From contig OZ218950.1 in NCBI GenBank assembly GCA_965112735.1, positions 2,356,001 through 2,420,000 on the forward strand: a stretch of DNA of 64,000 bases, read 5' to 3'. The notes beneath the pieces are model-generated. The model had not been told where the DNA came from, made no database searches, and saw nothing but the letters and a program-made list of their open reading frames with translations. The translations under genes were made by a program, and so were the position numbers. Source of the stretch: Phaeosaccion multiseriatum (Eukaryota > Protista > Ochrophyta, other classes). Shown here piece by piece: positions 54,001 to 63,890 of this stretch. Each line of letters opens with the position of its first letter. The first letter of the stretch is position 1.

Positions 54001-57000
54001 AATGCTACGGAAGCGCTGCACCAGGCGCTTCATCTCCACATGCGCCTCCTCCTCATTGGCTGTGACGATATCAACAAGCCCCAAGTTGAGTGCGCTTGCC
54101 GCAGTGATGACGTCAGCAGTGCACATTAGCCTCGTCACTTGCGCTTTCGTCATGCGCAGCTGAGCGGACACCGACACCAAGCCGGGCAGCCCCCCTCGGC
54201 GGATCTCTGGGAAGGCAAAGGAGGCGTTCTCGTTATCCGCAATGGACACGGTCGAGCAGCAGGGGAAGAGCATGCCCCCTCCTCTGCACGCGCCGTTCAC
54301 CACCACGATGATCGGAGAAGGGTACGCGTTGAGCACCTCCTGGAGCCGTCGGAAGCTCTCTAGCGTTTCCGCCATAGCGTCGGTACCAAAGCCCCCCGCA
54401 CCCTCGAGATCCGCTCCCAGGCAGAACGGCTCGGTGGCGCTTCCTCCGCTGAAGACAATCACGCCCTTTGCGCGCTTGATCTCGGCCAGAAGTCGCTGGG
54501 TACTCTCCACTGTCAGCTTGGGCGGCACAGCAATGCTCATATAAGCGAGAGTGGGTGGAAGTGTGGACAGAGGGGCCGCCTTCTCCACTCGCTCAGGCAC
54601 TGCAGTTGGGCGCAGCGATTGCTGTCGTGAGCGCTGATACCCGTTTCCAGCGTAGCTCTCTCGAGCACGTCCGTCCGCAGTGATCACGTTGACAACATCG
54701 CTCGCTGATGCACCGTCCAGAAGCTCGCTCTGGGACAGTGTCACACCATACTCCCCCCCCACCCAGTTCACCAGCTCCAGCGACGCTAGGGAGTCCAGCC
54801 CGAGCTCGGGCAGCTTGACCATTGGGTCCACCTCATGCACCTCCGCTCCCAACAGGGCGGCGACTTGGGCCATCACAGCGGACTCCACGGCAGAATGCGA
54901 GGCGGGTTCATTGGCTGCAACACTGGCGGGAGAGCTGACGCCTTGCCGGGGTGACTTTGCGACTGTCGAAAGCTTGGAAGGTGCAGGCACAGTAGCAATG
55001 CCCTCTCCTCCGCTTGAGCAGATCGTGTTGACAACATCGCCCGTTGATGCACCGTCCAGAAGCTCGCTCTGAGACAGTGTCACACCATACTCCTCCTCCA
55101 CCCAGTTCACCAGCTCCAGCGCCGCTAGGGAGTCCAGCCCAAGCTCGGGCAGCTTGACCATTGGGTCCACCTCATGCACCTCCGCTCCCAACAGGGCGGC
55201 AACTTGGGCCATCACAGCGGACTCCACGGCAGAACGCGAGGCGGGTTCATTGGCTGCAACACTGGCGGGAGAGCTGACGCCTTGCCGGGGTGACTTCACG
55301 ACTGTCAAAAGCTTGGAAGGTGCAGGCACAGTAGCAATGCCCTCTCCTCCGCTTGAGCAGATCATGTTGACAACATCGCTCGCTGATGCACCGTCCAGAA
55401 GCTCGCTCTGAGACAGTGTCAAACCATACTCCTCCCCCACCCAGTTCACCAGCTCCAGCGCCGCCAGGGAGTCCAGCCCGAGCTCGGGCAGGCTGGCCGT
55501 TGGGTCCACCTCATGCACCTCCGCTCCCAACAGGGCGGCAACTTGGGCCACCACAGTGGGCTGGACTACAGAAGCAAGCCTTGCGTGTCCCTCCGAGAAA
55601 ACTCTCCGATGCTGCTCTTTCTCCTCATCCAATCTGGTTTCCAATAACTGTTGCGCTCCTGTGTGCTGGGGCTGCTGGCGTGCTTGAGGCGTCTCTCTCT
55701 CAGAGATAGGTGTGTGTGTCTGCAAACGCCCTTCCTCATCCACGAGATCGTACAAGCTCTCATTGGAGCTGGCCTTGCGATATGCGTCCAAGAGCGGCCG
55801 ATCGATGCTCATCTCTGCAGGTATCTGTTGGTTATACAGGAGCAGACGCCGAAGGTGTGCAAAGACGAGCTCAACCTCAACCCCGCTGAGCCCCGTGCCC
55901 GACGTGTCCGAATGCCGCTGCCGCAATTGCCTCACGTCGTAGAGGCCAGCCCCGAGTACTAACGGAAGGTTGACGACCATGGCAGGGAGTCCCATGGCCC
56001 GGCGGTGCGTCGCCAGCGCTGCAAGAGAGGCGTGTGCCCCCACATCGTCGGCCTGCTTGGTGCTGCCGTGAGCAGCTGCCAGAGACGAGAAGAGTACAAA
56101 GTAGCGCACTCGGTCTCGGTGCTCAGGGGCAGCAGAGAGGCGGTGAAGATTCTCGGCCTCTACCGCCTTCACATCTGACATTTGAAACGTCGCTTCTTCC
56201 CCACGGGCAGGTGTGGTGGTCTCGTGGCCTGAGGACAAGTGGAAAACACCCGTGAGCGGCGGGTGCGAACATGCCTCCTTGAAGAGCGCGGCAAGGGCCC
56301 CCGCGTCTGCCACATCACACTTTCGCACGAGCAGATGAGCGCCGGTCTTGCGGAGATTCTCCACTCGAAGCTGTATGGAGCGGGAGAGACTGCCCTCTGG
56401 CCTTGACACCAGCAGGACGACATGTCGTGCCCCGTTGGTCACCATCCACTCCACGAGGGAGATTCCCATCCCACTCGCTCCTCCCGCCACCACCTGTACA
56501 GCCGTAGGAGAGATACGAGACAAGAGGGAGAGAGAGATGGAGCGAAGGCAGGCCGTCAGATGACCGCACAGTTGAAAGGTGAGAGAGAGCAAATGATCGA
56601 CTGCTCCACTCTGACGGAAGGCGTGGTGAGTGCTACCCTTGACGTCCTCATCTCTGATCTTACCAGCGTTTCGGCACTGTGGAAGATTTGAGACGAGCGG
56701 GCTGTCCAGTCGGCGCTGAGCTGCGGGACGAAGCGTGCCTGCGTCATGGGTGGGGAGGATGGGACATGGTGGGACATGATGACAGCGTTGAGGTAAAGCT
56801 CATACAGCATAATCGCCGGAACGCCGGATACAGACAAACACAACAGAGGAGGACAAAAAGGGAGGTATACGCACATTGCGAGTTGGAGTGCTCTTCTCGT
56901 CCCCCTCGGGCGCCGTCATGACGATGGCGAGCTTGCCTGTGTGCGACCCCATGCGCATCAGCTTGAAGGCCTCCGTCGCATCGGCTGCGGCGAAGGCAGT

Positions 57001-60000
57001 CGTGGGCACAGGAGAGAGCTTCCCCTCCTCCAGCAGCTGCTGACAGTCTGACACGAGCTGCTGCACCACCTCCGGGTGAGACTCCGTCAGCAGGTCAATG
57101 TGCACACTCAAGAGAGACACGTTTTCCTTGAGGCCTCCCATGCGCACCGTGTTATCGCTTAGAATATCGCGCTTGCCAATCTCCACGAAGCGCCCGAGCG
57201 GAGCCATGGCCTTCAAGCTCTGCTCCATGCCCTCCCCGGCGATGCTGTTCAGCACCACGTCCACCCCCCTACCTCCCGTCACGCCTCGAATCGCATCGAC
57301 GAACTTGGAGGGTGCGCGGGAATCAATCACGTGCTCTACACCATAGCGCTCTCGCAGCAGCTCGCGCTTTGCTACGGATCCGGCCGAGACGATGATGGTG
57401 GCGCCGGTGTGCTTGGCAATCTGGACCGCAGCCAGCCCCACACCGCCCGCTGCGGAGTGCACGAGCACAGTGTCGGAGGGCTGCAGCTGGGCCTTCACGA
57501 TGAGTGCGTAGTAGGCCGTCACCGTCACACCGTAGAAGCCAGAAGCATCCACCATACTAAGCTTGGCCGGCTTGGGCCGCAGACTCCACACGGGGGCGAT
57601 GGCCTCTGTGCCCATCAGCGAGTAGCGCGCGTCACTGGAGGCTGCGGTCATGGTCATGCTCACCACCTCGTCGCCTACCGAGTACATGCAGTGCTGTTGG
57701 GTGCTCCCCTCTCCGCCTGCTCCCACTTCGATGACACGTCCTGCGGCCTCCAATCCCAGCACGGGGTGGAACCCAGGCAACATGCTCATGGCCAGCAGCA
57801 AGTCCTTGAAGTGCAGCGAAACGGCGTGGATCTCCAGACGCACCTCGCCCTCCTGCAAGGGCCAGCGAGGAAGCACGTGCCAGCGCAGGCTGGACAGCTG
57901 CCCGGGGCGGTCCACTTGCAGCTGGAAGGCGGGCGCGGCACGTTCCTCCGGTGTGACGGCCTGCTCTTTCGGCAGCAGCTGCAGTCGAGGCACACGCCAC
58001 GCGTGAGTAGTGGGAGCAGCGGTGCCTGGGAGGAGATGCCACTCCTTGTCTGCGGGTAACCTCTCCATCCGCATGTAGGGAAGGACGTGTTGCCACCCGA
58101 CCGAGAGCTGCATGTCGGGAGGAAGCAGAAAGCAGTAGATTGGTAGAAAGGGGTTCTCGCAGCGCGCAGCACGAGTCAATCCCAGCATGAGAGATGGGGA
58201 AGCTCTTCGCTCCTCCTGTGCCTTCTCCTGCCGCGTGTGCGGTGCCTGCACGACCAGCCACACGAGGGCTTTCAGAGTTTGCCCAACACGGCTTGCCTCC
58301 ACGCACTTGAGCAGCAGCTCGGCAGCCTGCTCGACGGACTGTCGTGCGTCAACCACGACATCAGCCTCAGCCAGGTCAGCGCACAGCACGCCGATGCTTT
58401 CCTCCGTCTCCTTGTCCATCCCTAGCACGCACACGCGACGCGACGGCACGGCTGCCGCTGCTGCTGATGCTGGCAGAGGCGTCTCCGGAGACTCTACGGG
58501 GGCTGCGAAGACAGTGTGGTACACACTCAGCTTCAGCCATGCATTCGGACTCTGAGGTAGCTGCATGAGCACCAGTCCGTCCACTCTCCAATACACCTCT
58601 CCTCGGGGGGACATGGTCACCACGTCGGCGGTGATGCTGGTGGCAGTCCTGTCGATGAGCTTTGTATGGCACAGCAATTGCGGCCCCACAGCCTCTGTTA
58701 GCACAACAAGGCGTCGTAGCTTGGTGGGCACAAACGCTGCGACGCCGTCGAGCAAACCCGCCATTTGGAAGCAGCTTTCCAGCGCCATGGGGTCGAGAGC
58801 GAACGGCGCCACTCCTTGCACCCGTACGCGCCCGACCATCTCGCCGTCGCCCACCTTTGCCTCAACAATGTTCCGGAAGGCAGGGCCGAAGCGGCTGCCC
58901 GTGTGCCGCTCCAGCTCCTCGTACAGCAGACTGACATCCACCGTGTCCGGGCAAGCCTTCCATAGCACGTCTACGCCGTTATGTACATGCGCAGGGCTCT
59001 CGCTCTCGCTGTCGCTCACGAGCTTCGCTGTCATGTAGGGCAGCTCCTTCTTGTCGGGCTTGCACAGGGAGACGCTGCCACTCCTGCCACTACCAGACCC
59101 ATCGTCGCACACCACGAGAGCTTGAGCCTCGGACTGCTTCACTGGGAAGAAGCGAACGAACTCCGCGTCGCAAATGGTCCTCTCACCACCACCCTCTTCA
59201 CCCCCGGCCCCTGACGTGCTGCAGCAGCGCGTGTCATAGAGAATTGCCAGCATGACGGCCGCTGGCAACACCACTCCACCATTGACTGCGTGATCTGCAA
59301 GGTACGGGTGCTGCTCCACCGACAGCCTCACTCCTCCTCTTTCCTCCCAAGCGGTCTGTGGGGGAAGAGCTTTGACAAGGCCCTTTCCCCTCTTCTTCCT
59401 CTTGCCACTACTCATGATATCGTACCAAGGAAACGGTCTGCGCGTCCGATACAGCTCCACGTGCTCCGGGCCAATCACTTTACTCAGGGCCGCTCGAAAC
59501 GCCTCGTTGGAGTTTTGTCCTCTCTTTAGAGTAGAGACCCACACCAGCCCCTCGCGACGCTCGCACTTGGCTCCCATGCTGCTCAGCACAGGGTTGGGAC
59601 CCACCTCAACGATGCTCAGGTCAGCCCCCCTCCCGTCTCCCATCCAGTGCTCCACCAGCGTGTGGATGCCTTCTGCGAACAGCACCGGCAACAGCATGTG
59701 CTGCACCCAATACGTCGCCTGCGTCACCTCCTCCCCTCTCACCACCTCACCCGTCACGTTGGACACCAGGGGGATGCGTGGGGCGTTGAGTGACACCTCA
59801 CTTAGAGCCTCCTCCAGAGCACGTACAGCAGGCTGCATCAGGGGCGAGTGGAAGGCGTGCGACACCTCCAGGGCCTTGCAGCTCACCCCATCTGCCGTCA
59901 GCTTCTCCACCACCTTGCCCACAGCAATGCGCGCTCCAGAGATCACGCTCGCGCTCGGTCCATTTGACGACGCCAGCACCACCTCGCCTGCCCCCCCCGC

Positions 60001-63000
60001 AGCGTCGATGCTTGCCAAAGTCGCCTCCTTGCCTGCCCTCACTGCGAGCATCACTCCCTCGCCCTCGGGGCAGGCCTGCATGGCGGCTCCTCTCTTGGCG
60101 GACAGCATCAGCCCGTCCTCCAGCGACATGACGCCGGCCACGCACGCCGCCACTACCTCGCCCAGGCTGTGGCCCATCACCATGGAAGGCTCCACGCCCT
60201 CCGACTTCCACAGCTCACACAGGGCGTACTCCAGCACAAACAGGCACGGCTGGCAGTAACGCGTCTCCTTCAGCAGCGCTTGTGCACTTTCCTCTCCCTC
60301 AGCTGTAGGGTACAGGAGCTCCACCACAGACTTGTCCAGCCAGGCCTGGTCCTGCAGGAGGCCATCGCACCGACGAACAGCTTCACGAAAGACCTCACGC
60401 TGTTGAGGCACCGAAAGGGAGACACGCAAACCAGAGACAAGAAGAGAGAAAAGCAGATGAGATAGAGGGCAGGTGGCCGAGGTGATGCGATGCGACGGAG
60501 AAAACAAGAGCAGCATAGATACATAGAAAAAGCGAGCAAGCGAACTCACCTCATCGTAGAGCTCCTTGCCCATGCCGGGGTACTGCGAGCCTTGCCCCGT
60601 GAAGAGAAAGGCGACCGGAGATGTGGCGACCTCCGTCTTCCTCCTCGTCGCTGTCTTCGAACCCTCCCTCTCCACTCTCGGCCCAGCGCTGCTCAGCACC
60701 ACGTGGGCGTTGGTGCCTCCTGCTCCGAACGAGCTTACTCCTGCGTACAAGGGCTCGCTGCTGTCATTGGGGTGTCCCTCGCCACTCAAGGGGGTTAGTC
60801 TGGACGACGGGAAGGCCACCGCAAATCCATCAACGCCCAGCTGAGGATTGAGCGTGCCGAGGTGCAGATTGCCTGGAACAGCTCTGTGCTGAAGAGCCAT
60901 GACGGTCTTGATGACTCCCGCGATGCCTGCGGCGCCCTCCAAGTGACCAATGTTGGTCTTGACCGCTCCCACCATGAGTGGGAAAGAGCTCTCCCGCCCT
61001 TCTCCGTAGGCGGCTTTGAGAGCGCTCATCTCGATGGGGTCGCCAAGAGCCGTGCCGGTGCCGTGTGCCTCCACGAAGTGAACTTCCCTGCCCGCTACAC
61101 CCGCCTCCTCCAAGGCTGCCTGCATCAGCGTCTGCTGCGCGTCTGGACTGGGTGCTGTGAGCCGCATAGAGCGCCCATTGTGGTTCACGGAGCTTCCCCG
61201 CACGACGGCCAGGATGTTGTCTCCGTTGCGCTCCGCGTCGTCAAGCCGCTTCAGCACAACGGCGCCGCAGCCCTCTCCTCGGACGTAGCCGTTGGCCGAT
61301 GCGTCGAACGTCTTGCAACGCCTGAGAAAGGCATGGGAATGGCGGGGTTGGGAGCGGGGGAGAGGGATTGAGCTTCATGGTCTGCCCATCAACACACTAC
61401 AACTCTACTACTTCTGCACGAACTCGATGCTCTCCAAGGCAAGCTCCCCCATTCGGCCGTACGTACCAGTCCTTGGACAAAAAACCTCCCTTGTCGAGCT
61501 GTTCGAAGGAACGGGAGCCGAGCAGCAGGTTCACTCCTCCGACAACCGCAGCATCGCACGTGCCGAAGCGAAGGTAGCGACAAGCCGTGTCCAAGGCAAC
61601 GAGCGAGGAAGAGCAAAGCGTATCAACCGATATGCTTGGGCCTCGCAAGCCCAGTGCGTAGGACAGGCGATTTGCAGGGCAGCCCGCTGACTCACCCATC
61701 ATGGAGTAAGCCTTAACGGCCACGTCTTTGTTCAGCGCGGCCCAGTCGCCGTGCTGCATGGAGCCCACGAACACTCCAGTGTTGCTGTTGCGCAGCGCGG
61801 CCATAGAGAAGCCTGCCTCGTGCAGCGCCTCGTAGCCGACCTCGAGCATGATGCGCTGAGTGGGGTCCATGGCCTCGGCCTCGACCACGGAGATGCCAAA
61901 CGTGGCGTTGTCAAACATCTCCACGCCGCCGATGAAGCCTCCGTGCCACTCCTTCGCCGCACCAGGGAGTCTTCCCGGGGGCATGGCGGTGATACAGTCC
62001 CTTCCCTCCAGCAGCATGGACCAGAAAGCGTCGGGACTGTCTGCGCCTCCAGGGAAGCGGCACGCCATGCTCACTATTGCAAGCGGGGCAGAAGCGTCGC
62101 CCCCCCCTTGAGGCGATGGCATCATCCTGGGCAGGCGCAGGCTGCTCGCACATCCCTCCATAAGCGCCGAGCCCAACCACTCCGCCAAGGCCGCCACGGT
62201 GGGGTGGGCGAAGAGGGCGGCACTGCTAACGGGAATGTCCGTGAGCAGGTGCAGACGCTGCCTCAGCTCCATGAGCGCCAACGAATCCATGCCAGCCTCC
62301 ATGAGAGGCTTGTCCATGTCGATGCCGACAGAGCCTGCCGTGCTAGAGAGGGCGATGTCGGAGATGACGGATCGAAGCCTCTCTTGGCGTTCAGCTGGAC
62401 TGACACCGCGGAGCTCTGCTGCCAAGGAGTTTCCGGCCGCCGATGTCGGTGGGGCGGGCAGCAGCTTGAAGGCCTTTCTGCTCGTGAACGGGGAGGCTCT
62501 GACGTTGGTCTTCTCCGCTTGTGATATAGCCGTCCCCTCCAGGATGACGTGGGCGTTGACACCACCAAACCCAAAGGAGTTTACAGCTGCAAAAGAAGCA
62601 GAAGTAGCCACAGCGAGCAGAAGGGTATGGTGAGAACGGGTTCAGCAATTTACCATCATACTATAGCTCATACTCTCTAAAGTCCTCTTTGACTTGTCCC
62701 GAGAAGAAGCGAGTGAGTGAGTAAGAGTGGGTGAGTGAGTTATTGGGTGGGTGAGTGAGTGAGTGAGTGAGTGAGTGAGGGAGTGAGTAAGTGAGTGAGT
62801 GATTGAGGGAGTGAGGGAGAGAAGGAGGGAGGGAGTGCGTGAGTGCGGGAGTGAGTAAGTGATTGAGTGAGTGAGTGCGTGAGTGAGCGAGTGGGTGAGT
62901 GAGTGGGTGAGTGAGTGAGTGAGTGATCACAGGAAACGTTTTTGAGTAAGGGCCCCAACGCACCTCCGATTCGGGTGGAGATGGGGGTCATGCGTCCGGG

Positions 63001-63473
63001 GATGGGCAGCAGAGCGCTGTTGCCCTCCGTTTTCAGTGCAGGGTTCAGCGTGGACAAGTTGAGGTTGGGAGGCGCTTGGACATGCCTGAGCACCAGCACC
63101 GTCTTGATGAGCCCCGCAATGCCTGCCGCAGCCTCCGCGTGACCAAGGTTGGTCTTGATCGCTCCAACGACGAGACGGCGGGCTGTCGCCAGGTCGTGGT
63201 CTCCGTAGGTGCCGGCGATGGAAGCCCACTCCGTGCGGTCCCCGAGCGGCGTGCCCGTGCCGTGCGCCTCGATGAAGCTCACGTCGGACAGAGCGATGCC
63301 CGCCTCTGCTACGGAGTCCAAGACCGCGGCCTTCTGTGCCGCTTCGTTGGGGGCGGTGAGGGTCGTGCCGAGGCCCGTGTGATTGATGCAGGAGCCTCGA
63401 ATCACCGCCAATATGTTGTCTTGGGCCTCTATGGCGTCTTCGAGGCGCTTTAGCACGACGGCGCCACAGCCCT
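6476..63473 (-). CDS. Giant multimodular type I polyketide synthase, 5'-partial, about 18,000 aa in window, 11 KS / 4 AT / 13 ACP. Exons: 63473-62964, 62586-61467, 61321-60550, 60399-56875, 56738-56664, 56493-53560, 53430-53065, 52952-52401, 52244-51671, 51522-48453, 48285-43213, 43061-38004, 37852-32795, 32643-26548, 26398-20288, 20131-15860, 15719-10496 (contains +1 discontinuity near 10885), 10378-7803, 7602-6476
   Basis: Consecutive large minus-strand ORFs stop and restart in the middle of KS domains (..FLSxDG/W | RCKTFDAxANGYVRGEG..) across short GT-AG introns. Hand-checked exon lengths give consistent phases. Motifs: KS DTACSSS/HGTGT/KTNIGHLE, AT GHSLG/HAFH, DH HxVxxxxxxP, ER HAASGGVG, KR GGLGALG/YAAAN, ACP GLDS. 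Confidence 0.85.
9200..11170 (-). CDS. Module K: KS-ACP (KS has a +1 frame discontinuity near 10885)
   Basis: LAVVGMACRFPGG, DTACSSS, EAHGTGT, KTSVGHMEG; ACP ELGMDSLAVVQL; poly-Gln linker. Confidence 0.75.
11320..16480 (-). CDS. Module J: KS-DH-ER-KR-ACP (no AT)
   Basis: KS QTACSSS/HGTGT/GHLE, short linker, then DH DHAVNNVVIIP; ER and KR nearly the same as in G/H. Confidence 0.85.
16560..20910 (-). CDS. Module I: KS-AT-KR-ACP (hydroxyl-leaving module)
   Basis: AT followed directly by the KR structural and catalytic parts (GGLGGLG, HAAGVTGEK, SAYAGAN); no DH or ER motifs; ACP GLDSM. Confidence 0.85.
18470..31970. repeat. Tandem repeat of about 2.1 copies, about 6260-bp unit (cis-AT module plus intron)
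   Basis: ORF ends 20284 vs 26544 (offset 6260); similar introns 20132-20287 and 26399-26547; the AT and KS half of module I match those of H. Confidence 0.9.
20990..27170 (-). CDS. Module H: KS-AT-DH-ER-KR-ACP
   Basis: Near-identical to module G from AT to the next KS, at a 6260-bp offset. Confidence 0.85.
27250..33425 (-). CDS. Module G: KS-AT-DH-ER-KR-ACP
   Basis: FLFTGQGSQY, GHSLG, HAFH, DHAVNNMVIIP, HPAVLD, HAASGGVG, VLDD, YAAAN, GLDS. Confidence 0.85.
33497..38634 (-). CDS. Module F: KS-DH-ER-KR-ACP (no AT)
   Basis: Same motifs as modules D and E; 5209-bp tandem copy. Confidence 0.85.
38706..43843 (-). CDS. Module E: KS-DH-ER-KR-ACP (no AT)
   Basis: Same motifs as module D; 5209-bp tandem copy. 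Confidence 0.85.
43915..49075 (-). CDS. Module D: KS-DH-ER-KR-ACP (no AT)
   Basis: KS followed by a short linker and DH EHAVGGVVLMP..HPAVLD; ER LIHAASGGVG; KR HAAGVLDD with duplicated NYAAA; ACP GLDSM. Confidence 0.85.
49160..50960 (-). CDS. Module C: divergent, intronless KS (second His replaced by Asn) plus ACP
   Basis: IAIVGMACRFPGG, DMACSSS, EAHGLGS, KPNMGNLEGAGG, poly-Ser insert; ACP EAGLDSLALVEMR. Confidence 0.8.
51095..52625 (-). CDS. HMG-CoA synthase domain fused inside the PKS
   Basis: VGIHAMELYVP, GKFTVGLGQ, GRLE|VGTESSVDYSKSIKTYLM, NACYGGTAAL (catalytic Cys), FAFH (catalytic His), YSYGSG. The last HMGS exon runs in frame into the next KS. Confidence 0.9.
53065..54540 (-). CDS. 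Tandem crotonase (enoyl-CoA hydratase) domains, ECH1-like then ECH2-like, inside the PKS
   Basis: ECH1: FCLGADL, VNGACRGGG, FAFPEIRRG. ECH2: FNAIS, FCTGVN, HGK|VLGGGLA, SDFRIA, SVYNHGNLPRGVCPG. In frame with the ACP triplet. Confidence 0.85.
54680..55555. repeat. 360-bp period repeat encoding the ACP triplet
   Basis: VAALLGAEVHEVDP..LGLDSL..ELVNWV..YG.TLSQSELLDGAS occurs three times, with a duplicated linker. Confidence 0.9.
54680..62100 (-). CDS. Module B: KS-AT-DH-ER-KR(degenerate)-ACP-ACP-ACP
   Basis: KS DTLCSSS/EAHGTGT/GHLE; AT GHSLG..HAFH; DH LADHAVNGGVVLP; ER VHSAAGGVG; KR VVAGGASGMG with GSTKQADDVGAH in place of GQANYAAAN; three LGLDSLA(A/S)LEL ACPs. Confidence 0.85.
62160..63473 (-). 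CDS. Module A (partial): C-terminal half of KS plus ACP
   Basis: EGCGAVVLKRL, EAHGTGT, KTNLGHAEAAAG, AVNSFGFGGVNAH (joined across intron 62587-62963); ACP LMEAGMDSLALMELR. Confidence 0.8.
62710..62925. repeat. (GAGT)n degenerate microsatellite in PKS intron
   Basis: Direct reading. Confidence 0.9.
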
Positions 63474-63609
63474 CTGCTCGCAGCCGCAGGGCACACGCAG
63501 CAAATGGAGGTGACTGGAGGGTGAGCTAGGGGGTGGTCGAGCCGTGCTCATCAGGCTCATAAAAAAAGGACAATCTCAGACCCAAAGAAACACTCCCTGC
63601 TCATCCTGC

Positions 63610-63890
63610 ACTTATCTCCTCCCTTATTTCCCCCCCTTCCTCTCCCTTTCCCTTTCTCCCTGTCTGTGCCCCTGCTCCTCTCCATCTCTCCCTGTCTCGC
63701 CCTCTCCCTCTCTCTCTCCCGCTACTACCTCTCTCGCTCTCCCGATCTTTCTCTCCATCTCCCCTTCTCTCCCTCCCTCTCTCATTCCCTCTCCCTCTCC
63801 CTCTCCCGCTCCTGCTCCCTCTCCCCCTGGCGCCTCTCTCCTTCTCCCCGCCTCCGCCTTTCCGTCTCCCTCTCCCTCTCCCTCTCACCG
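63610..63890. repeat. CT-rich low-complexity tract, probably intronic
   Basis: Direct reading; lies upstream of the first visible PKS exon. Confidence 0.8.

Noticed and set aside
60400-60549. Apparent 50-aa hydrophobic insertion in the AT of module B
   Set aside because: In-frame 150-nt GT-AG intron; removing it restores ELYDE-REVFRE as in the other ATs.
6800-63453. Many plus-strand and alternative-frame ORFs overlapping the PKS
   Set aside because: Antisense shadows of GC-rich coding sequence; they repeat with the modules and have no recognisable motifs.
6476-63473. Reading the large minus-strand ORFs as separate genes of a bacterial-style PKS operon
   Set aside because: The ORFs end mid-KS at GT donors and resume after AG acceptors in matching phase; their predicted N-terminal extensions are intron sequence.
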